A stretch of 64,000 nt of DNA, taken from NCBI GenBank assembly GCA_012837645.1, contig DUQU01000040.1:9834-73833 (forward strand). The letters are read 5' to 3'. Positions within the stretch are counted from its first letter, which is position 1. Each line of letters starts with the position of its first letter. Shown here in pieces: positions 39,716-47,614 of this stretch. The translations under genes were made by a program, and so were the position numbers. This DNA is from Acholeplasmataceae bacterium. Its GTDB lineage: Bacteria > Bacillota_I > Bacilli_A > Acholeplasmatales > UBA5453. Under the pieces are notes generated by a model. That model did no database searches. It saw nothing but the letters and a program-made list of their open reading frames with translations, and was not told where the DNA came from.

Positions 39716-40421
39716 TTTTTTCTCCTTTGTTTTTATTTGTAAAATCTAGTTTTTTGGCGAAATAATCGCCACTAATTTGAATAATTAAAACCATTAATAA
39801 AATCGTCGTTACAGACAAATACATTAAAGGATAATTATTACCAAATTTCCCATATTCAAAAGCTAAGAAAGCTAATCCGCCCGCGCCAATAACAGCTGCG
39901 GCTGACATAAAACCAACTAAAGTTACTAACGTTAAAGTTAATCCAGCAACTAAAGATGATAAAGCTTCTTTAAAGATTACTTTTACTTTAATAGGTAAAG
40001 ACGCTCCCATCGCTCCTAATACTTCTAAAGTATCTTTGTTTACCGCTTTTAAGGAATTATAGACCACTCGTGCAAAAAATGGACTGGCACTAATTACTAA
40101 AGCTGGAATCGCCCCTTTGGGCCCCAACATCGTCCCTACTAATAAGCGTGTAAAAGGAATTAAAATAATTAGTAGGATGATAAAAGGAATGGACCTAAAT
40201 ACATCATTTATAAACGCTAAACAACGGTGTGCTATTTTAAAAAATAAATTTTCTTTAAATAAAGTATTGGCATCGGTAATGTATAAAACAAAACCAATGA
40301 TCAATCCAATGATAATTACAAAAAAGGACGCAATCCCAACAATATAAAGCGTTTTTTTAACAACGATAATTTTCTTAAGTGAAGAAAATGATTTCCCCCC
40401 TAACAAGACGATTTTAAACAC
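39642..40421 (-). CDS. metI: Methionine ABC transporter permease MetI/MetP family (atypical ends)
   Basis: Core matches MetP: ..KKTLYIVGIASFF.., FRSIPFIILLILIPFTRLLVGT, LEVLGAMGASLPIKVKVIFKEAL (EAA-type loop). It has a GTG start with no ATG, and the C-terminal tail runs 74 nt into metQ. Confidence 0.75.
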   Translation of the reverse strand: MFKIVLLGGKSFSSLKKIIVVKKTLYIVGIASFFVIIIGLIIGFVLYITDANTLFKENLFFKIAHRCLAFINDVFRSIPFIILLIILIPFTRLLVGTMLGPKGAIPALVISASPFFARVVYNSLKAVNKDTLEVLGAMGASLPIKVKVIFKEALSSLVAGLTLTLVTLVGFMSAAAVIGAGGLAFLAFEYGKFGNNYPLMYLSVTTILLMVLIIQISGDYFAKKLDFTNKNKGEKNEKNLNTYNFIINYYTSFMPTKQL

Positions 40422-40565
40422 TTTTCAAATGGCATGCTTAACAAGTAAACGTTTTCATTGAATATTCCCACTTTTTTGCTTTACTTATCTTTTATAATTA
40501 GTATAATACTTTATGAATCAGAGTTCGTTTATACTTTTTTATAAGCAATAACTTGATTTATATTT

Positions 40566-40689
40566 TCACCCACATAGACATATTATCTCTTTTTCCCATC
40601 CATTATTAATATGTCTATTGCCGGTGACACATTTAAATTACTCTTAGAAGTAAGAGACAAAATAAAACACTTAAAGGTGTTTTTTTTTC
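40566..40689 (+). promoter_or_regulatory. Unassigned structured leader / terminator-like element upstream of 40723 gene
   Basis: Hairpin TCACC(40566-70)-caca-TAGACATAT(40575-83)...ATATGTCTA(40609-17)-ttgcc-GGTGA(40623-27). Second hairpin CTCTTA-gaag-TAAGAG (40641-56). Third hairpin AACAC-ttaaag-GTGTT (40666-81) followed by T8 and ending 34 nt before the ATG. Confidence 0.35.
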
Positions 40690-40722
40690 GCACTTTTGTT
40701 AGAATAGGTGCGGAGTGATATT

Positions 40723-41457
40723 ATGAATTTAGAAAAAATCAAACGACAAAAACGCTTTATTACCCTTTTTTACTTTCTCTCTTTGGTAATTATCATCGGA
40801 CTTTTTATTGCATTTACAATTCCTAAAAACCTTTCACCTTGGACTAATATTCTCTTTTTTTTAATACTAATTACCTTGTTTTTCTTATCATTATACTTTA
40901 AACCAAAAATAGATCACCTTAATCGTCAAGAACGATTATTGTTACTGCTTGAGGAAGAACAGTTTCCGGTTAAATTTAAACAAGATGTTTATGGACGCCA
41001 CTGGCCTCAAAACGTGCTCACCAAAGGAAATTATTTACGAAAAGAAGACAATGACGAATTTTTAGTATTATATAAAACGGATAAAGATCCTTATAAGCCA
41101 AAAAGAAAGAAACAACGGATTTTAGAAGTAATTGTTATTTTTAAAAAAGAAACAAGCTCTTTTTCTGACTTTAATCTCAATGCAATTATTAATGACTTAG
41201 AGAAAGAACATTTATTAAATCTCAAGCAAAAAAGAATAGTGGTTTTGAAGTTTATGCCTGTTGAAAACTTTCATGAAAAAACTATCCATAAAGTAAAAGA
41301 CATTGATTATCGTAAAGTTAAAAATGCTTATTATTTAACTCTCAATGTCGCGATTAATATCAAAAGCAAGCAAGCTTTATATGTAGATGGCGAAAATGCC
41401 GCTTATATCTTTTATTATAATTACCTAAAAAAACTTCTCCATAAATATTTGCATTAA
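40723..41457 (+). CDS. Hypothetical membrane protein (two N-terminal TM helices + ~170-aa soluble domain)
   Basis: ATG 40723 follows GGAG. Hydrophobic segments are FITLFYFLSLVIIIGLFIAF and ILFFLILITLFFLSLYF. No recognisable motif in the C-terminal domain. Confidence 0.6.
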   Translation: MNLEKIKRQKRFITLFYFLSLVIIIGLFIAFTIPKNLSPWTNILFFLILITLFFLSLYFKPKIDHLNRQERLLLLLEEEQFPVKFKQDVYGRHWPQNVLTKGNYLRKEDNDEFLVLYKTDKDPYKPKRKKQRILEVIVIFKKETSSFSDFNLNAIINDLEKEHLLNLKQKRIVVLKFMPVENFHEKTIHKVKDIDYRKVKNAYYLTLNVAINIKSKQALYVDGENAAYIFYYNYLKKLLHKYLH

Positions 41458-41482
41458 AAAAGGACCAAAATTGGTCCCTTTT
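41456..41482. terminator. Bidirectional intrinsic terminator (convergent 40723 gene / PFOR)
   Basis: AAAAAGGACCAAAATTGGTCCCTTTTTT. Confidence 0.75.
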
Positions 41483-44400
41483 TTAAACTTCATAATTGCT
41501 ATAATCCATATTACGCATTCTTTCGTACATATTCCATCTATTTTTAGCATCCTTTAAGTTGGCAAGTAATAACTCTTCTGCATGTTCTGGATTTATTTTT
41601 GTTAATTGAGCATATCGCGATTCACTCAATAAATAATCTTGATATTTATCCCAAACTGGTACTTTAGAATCCAATTGTAAAGGATTTTTACCTTCCGTTA
41701 ATAATCTAGGATCATATCTAAATGTCGGCCAATAACCGCATTCAGTAGCTAATTTGGCTTGAGCGAATGATTGTGTTAAACCACCTTTAATACCATGTTC
41801 AATACAAGGTGAATAAGCAATTACTAAGGATGGTCCTGGATAACTCTCAGCTTCTTTTAATGCTCTAATTACTTGAGCGGGTGAAGCACCATGAGAAATT
41901 TGCGCTACATAAACATGTCCATAACTCATTGCTAGTGCTGCTAAGTCTTTTTTCTTAGTTGGTTTTCCAGCAGCGGTAAATTTGGCAATCGAACCATGAG
42001 GAGCTGCTTTTGAAGATTGACCACCAGTATTGGAATAAACTTCTGTATCTAATACTAAAATATTGACATCTTCATTATTAGCAATAACGTGATCAATACC
42101 GCCATAGCCAATATCATAAGCCCAACCGTCTCCACCAAAGATCCATTGCGAGGTTTTAATAAAGTAACCTTTTAATGATAACAATTCTTGAGCGTAAGGT
42201 TCTTTAATTTTTTCCAATTCTTGAACTAATTTATCGTTTAATTCTAAGGTTTTTTCGCCATCGTTTCGGTTAAGAGTCCACTGGGTTGTTAATTCTTTTA
42301 ACTCTTGAGGCATTTTATCTTGGTAATCTGCCATAATTGTTTGAATGCGATCTCGCGCTGTTTCATATGCAATTCTCATTCCAAAACCAAATTCTGCGTT
42401 ATCTTCGAAAAGAGAGTTTGCCCAAGCAGGACCACGTCCATTAGGTAAAGTTGTATATGGTGTTGAAGGAAATGATGCGCCAAAAATTGATGAACATCCT
42501 GTCGCGTTAGCAACAATCAACCTTTCTCCAAACAGCTGTGTAACTGCTTTAATATAAGGAGTCTCACCACAACCTGCGCATGCTCCGCTAAACTCAAATA
42601 ATGATTTATTAAAGTTAACATTTTTAACATTATTAGTACCAATGTTTTTGTAAGTCACTTCATTAAAGAAATAATCAGCTATTTCTTGAGAATTCTTTTC
42701 TAATTCATCAGCGACAGGGACCATTTTTAAGGCTTTATTAGGCGCCGGACAAACTTCTACACAAACACCACACTCTGTACAATCTAACGTTGATACTTGA
42801 ATTGTATATTGGTAATCTTTTAAATCTCTACCCCGTCCAGGAATCATTTTCGCTCCCTCTGGAGCACCAGCAACTTCTTCATCGTCAGCTAAAAACGCTC
42901 TAATAACAGCATGCGGGCAAGCAAAGACACATTGATTACACTGGATACAATTTTCTTCAATCCATTCTGGAACGAAATTAGCAATTCCTCGTTTTTCATA
43001 AGCGGCACTGCCAGGAGTCATATGACCATCTTCATATCCTTCAAAGGCACTAACTGGAAGAGAGTCTCCTTCTAATTTATTAACGATATCAGCAATATTT
43101 TTAACGAAATCAGGTCTTCCATTAGTTACTACTTCAGCTAGTTCATCTTTTAAGTCTTTCCATTCTTCTTTAACTTTTACTTCTTTTAAGAAGTCTCCTC
43201 CAGCGTCAATAGCGTCATAGTTTAATTTCACAATCGCTTCACCTCTTCTACCATATGAGGCTTTCGCATAGTCTTTCATTAATTCAACCGCTCTTGAATA
43301 AGGCATTAATTGTTCGTTAAGTTTAAAGAAGGCACTTTGCATAATCGTGTTTGTTCTTCTGCCTAAACCAATTTCATATGCCAAATCGGCAGCGTTAATA
43401 ACATAGAATTTAATCTCTTTTTCTGCTAATTGACGTTTTACTTTGTTCGGTAAAAAGGCTTCGATATCTTCAAAAGGAGTTTGGGTATTAAGTAAAAATG
43501 TTCCCTTTTTTCTAATTCCTTTTAACATATCCAATTTTTCTAAATAAATATCGTTTGCACAACTAACAAAATGTGGATTGTGAACTAAGTAAGTTGATAA
43601 AATTGGCGTTGGTGAGAAACGAACATGAAGTCTTGTTGTACTTCCTGCTTTCTTGGAATCATAGGAAGCATAAGCTTGAGAATAAAGTTTAGTGTTATCA
43701 CCGATAATCTTAACAATGTTTTTGCTCGCTCCAACAGTTCCATCTCCACCTAAACCATAAAACATAATTTCCGTAGTTGAATCTTTAGTGACATCTATTT
43801 CCTCACTCATATCAAGCGAAGTATGAGAAACATCATCTTTTATTCCCACTGTGAAATGATCTTTTTGTTCAGTTCGTAAGTTCTTAAAAATAGCATTTAT
43901 CATTGTTGGAGTTGTATCTTTTGAAGATAAACCATAAATACCACCGATAATGCGTGGTTGTTTTTCCTTGTTATAGTACATTGATTTAACATCTAAATAT
44001 AATGGCTCACCTAATGAACCAGGTTCGATTGTTCGATCTAAAACACTAATTCTTTCCACTGTTTCAGGAATAACATTAAAGAAATATTTTTCCGAAAAAG
44101 GACGATATAAATGTACTCCTAAAATTCCAACCTTTTGGCCATGTTTATTTAAATAATCGATAGTTTCTTTAGCCGCTTCAACAACAGAACCCATCGCAAC
44201 AATTACATCAGTCGCTTCTGGATCTCCATAGTAAACAAAAGGTGCATAGTTTCTTCCTACTTCAGAAGAAATCTTTTCCATATAATCATTAACAACATCA
44301 GCAACCTCACCATATTTACTAGCTTGTAAAACTCTTGTTTGGAAATAAACATCATCGTTTTGTGCGGAACCTCTTATTTTAGGACTACCCGGATTTAAAG

Positions 44401-45028
44401 ATTGATCTCTAAATTTTTGAATTGCTTCACGATCAATCAGCTTATCAAAAACTTCATAATCGATTACTTCAATCGTGTTTACCTCATGAGATGTTCTAAA
44501 ACCATCAAAGAAATGCAAAAAGGGAATTGAAGTTTTAATCGCGCTTAAGTGCGCTACCCCAGTTAAATCCATCACTTCTTGAACAGAATTAGTCGCCAAT
44601 ATTGCAAAACCCGTTTGACGAGCCGCCATTACGTCTTGATGATCTCCAAAAATAGATAAAGATTGAGCAGCGATTGAACGCGCAGCTACATGAATCACGC
44701 CAGGCAATAATTGTCCTGCGATTTTATACATATTTGGTAATTTCAATAATAATCCTTGACTAGCAGTAAAAGTGGTAGTTAGCATTCCAGCTTGTAAAGA
44801 ACCATGAACCGTTCCTATCGCTCCCGCTTCTGACTGCATTTCAACTACCTTCACTGGCATTCCAAAAAGGTTTTTCATTCCTTGGGACGCCCATAAATCA
44901 ACATGTTGTGGTATTGGTGAGGATGGAGTTATTGGATAAATACCTGCAACCTCGGTAAAAGCATAAGCTGCATATGCACATGCTTCATTACCATCCATGG
45001 ATTTAATAATTTTTTTATTTTGTGCCAT
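41483..45028 (-). CDS. nifJ: Pyruvate:ferredoxin (flavodoxin) oxidoreductase, single-polypeptide NifJ/PFOR type
   Basis: ~1181 aa. MDGNEACAYAAYAFTEVAGIYPITPSSP N-terminus, two 4Fe-4S motifs (CIQCNQCVFACP, CTECGVCVEVCP), TPP-binding GGDGWAYDIGYGG. ATG 45028 follows AAGGAGGAAACA. Confidence 0.95.
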   Translation of the reverse strand: MAQNKKIIKSMDGNEACAYAAYAFTEVAGIYPITPSSPIPQHVDLWASQGMKNLFGMPVKVVEMQSEAGAIGTVHGSLQAGMLTTTFTASQGLLLKLPNMYKIAGQLLPGVIHVAARSIAAQSLSIFGDHQDVMAARQTGFAILATNSVQEVMDLTGVAHLSAIKTSIPFLHFFDGFRTSHEVNTIEVIDYEVFDKLIDREAIQKFRDQSLNPGSPKIRGSAQNDDVYFQTRVLQASKYGEVADVVNDYMEKISSEVGRNYAPFVYYGDPEATDVIVAMGSVVEAAKETIDYLNKHGQKVGILGVHLYRPFSEKYFFNVIPETVERISVLDRTIEPGSLGEPLYLDVKSMYYNKEKQPRIIGGIYGLSSKDTTPTMINAIFKNLRTEQKDHFTVGIKDDVSHTSLDMSEEIDVTKDSTTEIMFYGLGGDGTVGASKNIVKIIGDNTKLYSQAYASYDSKKAGSTTRLHVRFSPTPILSTYLVHNPHFVSCANDIYLEKLDMLKGIRKKGTFLLNTQTPFEDIEAFLPNKVKRQLAEKEIKFYVINAADLAYEIGLGRRTNTIMQSAFFKLNEQLMPYSRAVELMKDYAKASYGRRGEAIVKLNYDAIDAGGDFLKEVKVKEEWKDLKDELAEVVTNGRPDFVKNIADIVNKLEGDSLPVSAFEGYEDGHMTPGSAAYEKRGIANFVPEWIEENCIQCNQCVFACPHAVIRAFLADDEEVAGAPEGAKMIPGRGRDLKDYQYTIQVSTLDCTECGVCVEVCPAPNKALKMVPVADELEKNSQEIADYFFNEVTYKNIGTNNVKNVNFNKSLFEFSGACAGCGETPYIKAVTQLFGERLIVANATGCSSIFGASFPSTPYTTLPNGRGPAWANSLFEDNAEFGFGMRIAYETARDRIQTIMADYQDKMPQELKELTTQWTLNRNDGEKTLELNDKLVQELEKIKEPYAQELLSLKGYFIKTSQWIFGGDGWAYDIGYGGIDHVIANNEDVNILVLDTEVYSNTGGQSSKAAPHGSIAKFTAAGKPTKKKDLAALAMSYGHVYVAQISHGASPAQVIRALKEAESYPGPSLVIAYSPCIEHGIKGGLTQSFAQAKLATECGYWPTFRYDPRLLTEGKNPLQLDSKVPVWDKYQDYLLSESRYAQLTKINPEHAEELLLANLKDAKNRWNMYERMRNMDYSNYEV

Positions 45029-45213
45029 TGTTTCCTCCTTAAAGTTATTATTTGTACTGACTTTCAGCACTTTTAATTATACTTTAAAAATCATTTTTAA
45101 TCAATACGTCTAAAGCGCTTCCGAGCAAATTATTTGCTTTTTAGAAATAATATGCTTAAAAAAGACTAAATGATTTAGTCTCTTAATATTTTTTAAATAA
45201 TTTGCATCATTAC

Positions 45214-45765
45214 CTAACTTCTTAGACTTTTTGCCTCATTATATAATTCTTGATAAGATTCGTTATTACCATAATATGCAATTCCATAATTAAAGCGGAC
45301 AAATAGCTCTTTTTCTTTCATCTCGTTTTTAATGATTTTTATCAACTCATTCATCATTATTTCATGCATATTAACAACAATCACAACTACACCGTCGTCA
45401 TAACCAATAGGGTCGATAGAAAATTTAGTTTTTAAAAACTCGCTAAAGCTCTTTAGGTCATTTCCCCGAAAGTCTTTTTCGAGATTAAAATATACTAAAC
45501 AAAAAGCCTTTATTTTACCTGCTTCTTTACTAATTTTTATTTTTTGGTACTCTTTAATCAAGTTTTCTTTTGTTAAAATTTGATACCTTTTATCCAACTT
45601 TTTTTTATAACTATGATCAATGATAGCAGATGCAATTATCATAATTCCAATTACAAATAAAAATGTTAAAGCGGCATATAATAATTGCCATTGCTTTAAA
45701 ATCGCTAAAATTATCGCAATCACAAAGATAGTTATAAATGTAATAAGAAAATTTCTTCTTTTCAT
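45214..45765 (-). CDS. Membrane protein with a degenerate GGDEF-like C-terminal domain (tentative)
   Basis: Two N-terminal TM helices. The C-terminal ~120 aa align by eye to GGDEF domains: AFCLVYFNLEKDF (cf. DiDhFKxiND), PIGYDDGVVVIVV (cf. RyGGDEFvvll), VRFNYGIAYYGNNESYQELYNEAKSL (cf. vTiSiGva....s.eeLl..AD.Al). The GGDEF signature itself is replaced by YDDGV. Confidence 0.4.
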   Translation of the reverse strand: MKRRNFLITFITIFVIAIILAILKQWQLLYAALTFLFVIGIMIIASAIIDHSYKKKLDKRYQILTKENLIKEYQKIKISKEAGKIKAFCLVYFNLEKDFRGNDLKSFSEFLKTKFSIDPIGYDDGVVVIVVNMHEIMMNELIKIIKNEMKEKELFVRFNYGIAYYGNNESYQELYNEAKSLRS

Positions 45766-45863
45766 TAAATCACCATTTCCTCTATTTTAAAACACACCCA
45801 ATTTTAACACAAAAGTTTTTGTTTAACCATTTTTTTAAAAATAAGCAACTCGTTTGTTTTTTT

Positions 45864-46469
45864 TCATTTTATTGACGCTAATTGCCATAAATATAAAGAA
45901 GCAATGCTAGCATAGGGACTATAAATATTTTTCAGTTTCATAAATTGTTCTTTGTTTACCTCTTCTAGATTATACAATCTTTTTACTCCTCTTCTTATTC
46001 CTAAATCCAAATAACTTAAAACGTTTTCTCTTTTAAAAGTAAATATTAACATCATTTCTGCGGTCCAAACTCCAATACCAGGAAGTTTGATTAATTCTTT
46101 TATTATTGCCTCATCTTCCATTTCATTAAGCCTTTTCAGATCCAACTCTTTTAAAGAAACCTTTAAAGCAATCGTTTTAATATAATTTACCTTTCGAAAA
46201 GACAATCCCACAGCCTGAAGTTCATCATCACTTAATTCAACAATATTTTTAGGAGAGATAGTTTTTATTAAAGCTAATAGTCTCGTTTTAATTGTATTAG
46301 CCGCTTTAGTTGAAATTTGTTGGCTAATTATATTAAAAACAAGCGCTTTAAAAACGTCTTCTTCTATTTTTCTTTTAATAACACCATGCATCTCTATTAA
46401 CTTTTTTAATTTTTTATCGCTCTTTTTCAAATGTTCCAAAACTGCACTAGAAATTGGATAATAAGCCAT
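45864..46469 (-). CDS. DNA-3-methyladenine glycosylase II-like HhH-GPD base-excision enzyme
   Basis: HhH motif LIKLPGIGVWTAEMMLIF followed by ...D.G...; ~200 aa AlkA-type core. Confidence 0.7.
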   Translation of the reverse strand: MAYYPISSAVLEHLKKSDKKLKKLIEMHGVIKRKIEEDVFKALVFNIISQQISTKAANTIKTRLLALIKTISPKNIVELSDDELQAVGLSFRKVNYIKTIALKVSLKELDLKRLNEMEDEAIIKELIKLPGIGVWTAEMMLIFTFKRENVLSYLDLGIRRGVKRLYNLEEVNKEQFMKLKNIYSPYASIASLYLWQLASIK

Positions 46470-46525
46470 TTAATCACCTTATCTCATTGTATCATAAGAC
46501 TCTCTTTTTAAACATTGTAATATTT

Positions 46526-46568
46526 TGGCACTTAATAGTTGACAGTGCCAATTCGTTGTGATATACTT
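46526..46568 (+). promoter_or_regulatory. hsp20 promoter overlapped by a CIRCE-like inverted repeat
   Basis: TTGGCACTT-AATAGTTGA-CAGTGCCAA (46526-46552). It has the same 9-N9-9 (27-nt) layout as CIRCE TTAGCACTC-N9-GAGTGCTAA, with 7/9 matches per arm and a symmetric A:T to G:C change. TTGACA (46540-46545), 17 nt, TATACT (46563-46568). Confidence 0.6.
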
Positions 46569-46598
46569 TAGGTGGAAATAAAAAAGGAGGATGATATT

Positions 46599-46988
46599 AT
46601 GTTTCCAACAAGACGAGGTAGAAGAGGTTTATTTGATTCATTTTTTGATGATTTCTTTACAGAAAACACAATTTCTTTAAGAACGGATTTAATCGAACAA
46701 GAGCGTGATTATTTATTTAAGGTTGATCTTCCTGGAGTTAATAAAGAAGATATTAAAATAAACCTTAAAAACAATTATTTAACAATAACTGTTGAAAAAA
46801 AGGAAGAAAAAGAGGTTGAAGAAAGCCGTTACTTAAGAAAAGAGCGTTACTTTGGATCTGCAACTAGAAGCTATTATGTTGGTAATGTTAACACCGATGA
46901 CTTAAAGGCTTCTTATGAAAATGGTGTTTTAGAAGTCGTTGTTCCAAAAGAAGGTAAAGAAGAAACAAAATACATTGAAGTCAAATAA
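46599..46988 (+). CDS. Small heat-shock protein (Hsp20/alpha-crystallin family)
   Basis: Alpha-crystallin domain ..DLIEQERDYLFKVDLPGVNKEDIKINLKNNYLTI...R.ERYFGS..R...V....D..KASYENGVLEVVVPK. ATG 46599 follows AAGGAGGA. Confidence 0.9.
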   Translation: MFPTRRGRRGLFDSFFDDFFTENTISLRTDLIEQERDYLFKVDLPGVNKEDIKINLKNNYLTITVEKKEEKEVEESRYLRKERYFGSATRSYYVGNVNTDDLKASYENGVLEVVVPKEGKEETKYIEVK

Positions 46989-46990
46989 GC

Positions 46991-47020
46991 AAAAAAGAAG
47001 GTTCGCCCTTCTTTTTTTTA
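46991..47020 (+). terminator. Intrinsic terminator after hsp20
   Basis: AAGAAGG-ttcgc-CCTTCTT followed by T7. Confidence 0.75.
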
Positions 47021-47044
47021 TCTCAGCACTACTAAATTAAATCT

Positions 47045-47614
47045 TTATAACAATAAAACCGAAAGCCCAAATGATACTATTACTATTATAGTGGCTAAAA
47101 TCATTTCTTTTTTGGTATGACGATTTAAATATAAGGAAGACCAAAATACAAGCGTATATAAAAATAATATGGGAATTAATGATTTCAGTCCCATAAAATA
47201 CAATAAAGAAACTAAAGGACCACTGATGCTACTAATATGTCCGCTCGCTCTCACCTTTAAAACAGCATTAAAAAAGACAAGATTAATAATTGAAATAAAA
47301 TAACTTAAATATATTATTTTAATATTAAGGGAACTTTTGCTAATAAAAGCATACAAGATTCCACTGCTGTAACTTAAAAGTGAAAATAAAAAGGCGATTT
47401 TTCTTTGTCCTTCTCTCCCTTTTCCTTTAAAAGGCTTTAAATAGGAAATTGGATAAGCCAATAAAGGAATAAGACCTAAAAATAAAAAGAGAAAAATTGC
47501 TTCTTTAAAATCATTAATAATCTCAAGATAATAAAGGCCCACTATTAAAAGGCTTACCACTATTGGTGGAATAGTAATAATTCTTATTGTCAGCGCTAAT
47601 TTTTCTTTAATCAT
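47045..47614 (-). CDS. Polytopic membrane protein, PAP2-phosphatase-like (tentative)
   Basis: Six hydrophobic segments. KVRASGH and SSLYLNRHTKKE resemble PAP2 motifs C2 (SGH) and C3 (SR.Y...H...D/E). ATG 47614 overlaps the DegV stop (ATGATTAA). Confidence 0.45.
   Translation of the reverse strand: MIKEKLALTIRIITIPPIVVSLLIVGLYYLEIINDFKEAIFLFLFLGLIPLLAYPISYLKPFKGKGREGQRKIAFLFSLLSYSSGILYAFISKSSLNIKIIYLSYFISIINLVFFNAVLKVRASGHISSISGPLVSLLYFMGLKSLIPILFLYTLVFWSSLYLNRHTKKEMILATIIVIVSFGLSVLLL

Noticed and set aside
40560-40660. Possible S-box (SAM-I) riboswitch on the minus strand upstream of metI (CUCUUAC..., CCGGCAA-stem-GUGGGUGAAAAU).
   Set aside because: Only fragments resemble the S-box. The GAGGGA...GGCCC P2/kink-turn region and the 3' P1 strand are missing, and no T-box signature is present either. 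At most it is a degenerate relic.
46527-46545. TGGCAC...TTGA, which superficially resembles a sigma-54 -24/-12 promoter upstream of hsp20.
   Set aside because: The spacing and the -12 element (TTGC) do not fit TGGCAC-N5-TTGC. The sequence is better explained as one arm of the CIRCE-like palindrome plus a sigma-A -35 box.
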